From Heterodontus francisci (taxonomy: Eukaryota), in contig NC_090383.1 of NCBI RefSeq assembly GCF_036365525.1, forward strand, positions 119,848,531 through 119,912,530: a stretch of 64,000 bases of DNA, in the 5' to 3' direction. The position numbers and the translations under genes are program-made. The notes under the pieces are model-generated. The model searched no databases, had not been told where the DNA came from, and saw only the letters and a list, made by a program, of their open reading frames with translations. Positions within the stretch are counted from its first letter, which is position 1, and every line of letters begins with the position of its first letter. Shown here one piece after another: positions 60,090 through 64,000 of the stretch.

Positions 60090-60470
60090 CTTCACGACAT
60101 CTCAAAGTGCTTTAGAGCCCACAGAGTACTTTCTGAAGTGCAATTGCTGTTGTAATTTAGGAAACACAGCTGCCAATTTGTGCACAGCAAGATCCCATGT
60201 GATAATGACCAGATGATGTGTTTTAGCAATGTTGATTGACAGGTATTGGCTTGGACCTGCTCTTCTTTGGAAAAGTGGCCGTACCCAAGAGAGCAGGTGT
60301 GGTCACGGTTTAACATCCCATCTGAAAGACAGCACCCCGGCAGTGCAGCACTCCCTCAATACTGCACTGGGAGTGTCAGCTTGGATTATTCGCACAAGTC
60401 CTGGGAGTGGGGCTTGAACTCACGACCTTTTGACTTGGAGACAGTGCTACTGCTGAGACAAATGCCCAGT
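60080..60470 (-). mobile_element. Deu-domain SINE, antisense at the start of the TRIM 3' UTR
   Basis: Homologous along its length to 49595-50010; B-box-like ttgaactc near 60414. Confidence 0.7.
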
Positions 60471-60732
60471 AAGGTGAGGTGAAGCTGCAACTCACAGTTA
60501 AATAGACTCTGTGGTAAGCTGTCAATTACAGAACACATCCCATTAATTGGTGAGAGAGGCAGTAACAGCTGTTGTGCAGTGAGAACAAGCCTGGACGGCA
60601 CTCATGTGGATTCAATATCAGCAGCTCACCGTCTGCTGATCCTGGTACAGTGCTTGCTCACTGCAGAGACCTGGAGTTAAACCATCCTCGATCGCTCATT
60701 CAGGGAAGGGACAGCCTTTTAGCTGACATTTT

Positions 60733-61520
60733 GGACTGAATCTTTCTGGTGGGAGGGCTGGCAAAACAGGGGGGAAGACATCAGGAGGGGAGCCTGGCAT
60801 CTTCCCCCATCATGCCACATTGCCAGCGGAAAGAAAGTTGGCAGCTTGGCCGCATGCCAGGAGGCCAATCAGAATCATAGTCATTTATGGAACAGAAGGA
60901 GGCCATTCAGCCCATTGAGTCCATGACGGCTCTCTGCGGAGCTATCCAATCAGTCCCACTCCCCTGCTCAATCACCCAGCCCTGCAATTTTATTTCCTTC
61001 AAGTGCCCATCCAATTTCCTTTTGAAATCATTCATCACCTCTGCTTCCATCACAATTAAGGGCCACTTCCTGCCTCGGGAGGGCCTGTCGCCAGTTCAGG
61101 AGACCACCCATTGAAACCTCGCAGCCTCCCAGTGGGCTTCGGGCGGTAGTGCCCTCTATGGGCACACCATGGCCCATGGAGGGGGCCCCCCCAGCAGCAA
61201 TGTCCAGCCTCATGGCAGCTGCACCACCGATGCTCAAAGATAACCCCCACCCCATTCCCCGATCACCGGAGCCTGTCTGCCTGGCCACAGCTGCCCCCAG
61301 TCATACTTACAGCGATTCGAGGGCACCCACCACTGAGGTGCACTCTTACTGGCATTGTAGCCTTGGCAGTGGGCAGCACTAACAGTGGCACTGCTGAGCT
61401 GCTGCTCCTATTAATTGGCAGCTGCCAGCAATACGCCATCCCTTCACCGGACAACGCAGGTTCGGCGCCTGCTTTCCGCCCCAGCAGCAAGATTTCACCA
61501 TCAGCCACAAAATTCAGCCC
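60733..61520. mobile_element. MITE-like element (PIF/Harbinger-type ends) with a CR1 tail nested at ~60870-61053
   Basis: Ends GGACTGAATCTT and AAAATTCAGCCC (10/12 inverted match), TTT on both flanks. Confidence 0.5.
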
Positions 61521-62864
61521 TTTGTCTCTGGAGAATTACAGAAAGGGAGCGGTGATGAAAGACAATTCATGATGGGCCTGAAATTGGCCTTTCTGGCATC
61601 CGTGGTATTGCCCCTTCGTGCACATGCACCAGAGAGATAGAATTCTTATCCCTGATCCTTTTCAAGAGACAGGCTTCCCACAGAGATTACATGGGGCACA
61701 AGGAGCTCGTACTAAACCACAGGGCCATAATCCTGCAACAGCAGAGCTTACAATTAAATATGTAGATTCATCTGAGGAGCGGAAACCATTTACAATGTCG
61801 GGAGGCTGGGTACTCCCCTGTTGTTGGGACCAAGGGAGCATTCAGTGGGTCTTGTGGATGTCATGAGCTGAAAGATAGGAGAAATTAGAGAGACACCGAT
61901 TAAGAGTTCAGATGATTTTATTCTCTATTAAACATCTGGGATCCATCCAGGTTGCCTTTCAATATTTAATCGGGGCATCTGGGGTCATATCTAGTATTAT
62001 CAATATCTATTGTGGACAAGTCTGAATATATATCAAGAGGTATCCAGTATTAATATCAATATGTATTCGAGGCAGTATGTACACTTCTCCAAAATTCCCA
62101 ACTTTTTACCATTGGTGCTACATCACTCCATTACTCCATAACCAACTGGAAGAGTAGTCAAGCCAATCAGAACTCCTAAGTAAACTGCTCATCTTTGGAT
62201 TAATTCTGGAGAACTTTACTTTTTCATTCCCAAATGTACTTTACCTTGTCTGATTTGGAGAACTGTTGGGATGTCCTGGGTGTTCCATCATGGGGTCCTT
62301 TGAGAGCAGAAGGATGATGAGGAGATGACCAACTTACAGGTGCCCTTGTACTGCAGGAGGGTACGGTGTCAAATGGACCAGCCAAGTACACAGGCACAGA
62401 TACCCACAGGTGTCTGAGGAGCCGTATCTCAGAGGGGTCTGAGGCAGTTGCATGGCTATGTTGTCCACTCCAGGGAGACCTGCCAGGCTGGGTAGTGCCT
62501 GGCTGTTGTGGTGAAGGTGGCAATGGCCTTGAATCTTTCTGTAGCTGGCCCCATCCAAAATGTAAAGGCTGGGACAGGGAGGGCATTTACCAGTTTATGC
62601 AGTCCGCTGGGTGTTGAGCACTATGAACCTGCATCTTTAAAAACTCATCAACACTCTAAATGGAAGCAGCAATGGAGGGCTCAAGGAGTGCACAAGGAGT
62701 GGATCATCCATGATCTAATTGAATGACAGAACAGACTTGAGGGGCTGAATGGCCTCCTCCTGTTCCTGTGGAAGTGTTTAAAAAGTCTGATCTGTCAGTG
62801 AGATGTTGAAAGGTTAGAGCTCAATTGCAGTCAGGGTGTAGGTCATCCCCTCTCCTCATGCTGC

Positions 62865-64000
62865 TACCTCCCCTGTAGACCCCTAACTTCTGCTGGTGCC
62901 TCCCCTGCATACAGCCTCTCTCGGTGCTGGTACCTCCCCTATAGACCCCCACCTCTCCTGGTGATTGTACCTGCCTGTATAACCCCCCCTCCCAGTGTTG
63001 GTACCTCCCCTAAACAGCTATACACCCCCTCTCCCGATGTTGGTACCTCCCCTTTAGAATCCCCCTCTCCCAGGTTGTAGCTCCCCTATAGGGCCTCCCC
63101 CCCGCCAATGTTGTTACCTCCTCTGTAGACCCCTCTCCTAGTGTTCGTACCTCCCATATAGACCAGCTTCTCCCAGTATTTTTACCTGCCCTATGGTTCC
63201 CCCTCTCTGGGTATTGGTAACTCCCCTATAAACTCTCCTCTCCCAGTGTTGGTACCTCCCCTAAAGATCCCACCTCTTTCGGTACTGGTACCCCACCACA
63301 AGACCCTTCTCGGTGCTGGTACCTCCCCTGTAGACCCCTCTCGGTGCTGGTACCTCCCCTGTAGACCCCTCTCGGTGTTGGTACCTCTCCTGTAGACCCC
63401 TCTCGGTGCTGGTATCTCCTCTGTAGACCTCTCAGTGCTGGAACCTCCCCTCTGGACCCCTCTCAGTGCTGGCACCTCCCCTCTAGACCACTTTCGGTGC
63501 TGGTATCTCCCCTGTAGACCCCTCTCAGTGCTATCTCCCCTGTAGACCCCTCTGAGTGCTGGTACTTCCCCTGAAGACCCCTCTCAGTGCTGGTATCTCT
63601 CCTGTAGATCCCTCTCAGTGCTGGTATCTCTCCTGTAGATCCCTCTCAGTGCTGGTATCTCTCCTGTAGATCCCTCTCAGTGCTGGTATCTCCCCTGTAG
63701 ACCCGTCTCAGTGCTGGTATATCCCCTGTAGATCCCTCTCCGTGCTGCTATCTCCCCCGTAGATCCATCTCAGTGCTGGTATCTCCCCTGTAGACCCCTC
63801 AGTGCTGGTATCTCTCCTGTAGACCCCTCTCAGTGCTGGTATCTCCCCTGCAGACCTCTCTCAGTGCTGGTATCTCCCCTGTAGACCCCTCTCAGTGCTG
63901 GTATCTCCCCTGTAGATCCATCTCCGTGCTGCTATCTCCCCCGTAGACCCCTCTCAGTACTGGTATCTCCCCTGTAGATCCCTCCGTGCTGCTATCTCCC
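62865..64000. repeat. ~31-bp minisatellite running off the window end
   Basis: Unit cccctgtagacccctctcagtgctggtatct; degenerate on the left and more homogeneous on the right. Confidence 0.95.

Overview
Vertebrate genomic DNA, almost certainly a cartilaginous fish (shark). This is inferred from an HE1/V-SINE-type element, Deu-type SINEs and the dense CR1/L2 landscape. Two spliced immune genes lie on the + strand. (1) A B7/butyrophilin-ectodomain-like gene (signal peptide, IgV, IgC, TM; 4 coding exons, 1951-9170, 264 aa). Its IgV lacks the canonical F-strand cysteine and it has almost no cytoplasmic tail. (2) A finTRIM/TRIM16-25-47-like gene (RING, B-box1, B-box2, coiled coil, PRY-SPRY; 6 coding exons, 40263-60089, 574 aa) with a consensus ISRE 44 nt before the ATG. 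Most of the rest is nested retroelements (CR1, L2, RTE, two Tx1-clade copies, a Penelope fragment, several SINE families) and many minisatellites. Highlights: a near-full-length Tx1-clade element sitting at a defined position in a ~70-bp tandem repeat; short Penelope-type repeats carrying a minimal hammerhead-ribozyme-like fold; and two inverted arrays of the same LINE-derived 55-bp unit. Exon boundaries were read base by base. Repeat boundaries are approximate and family names come from motif recognition, not database searches.
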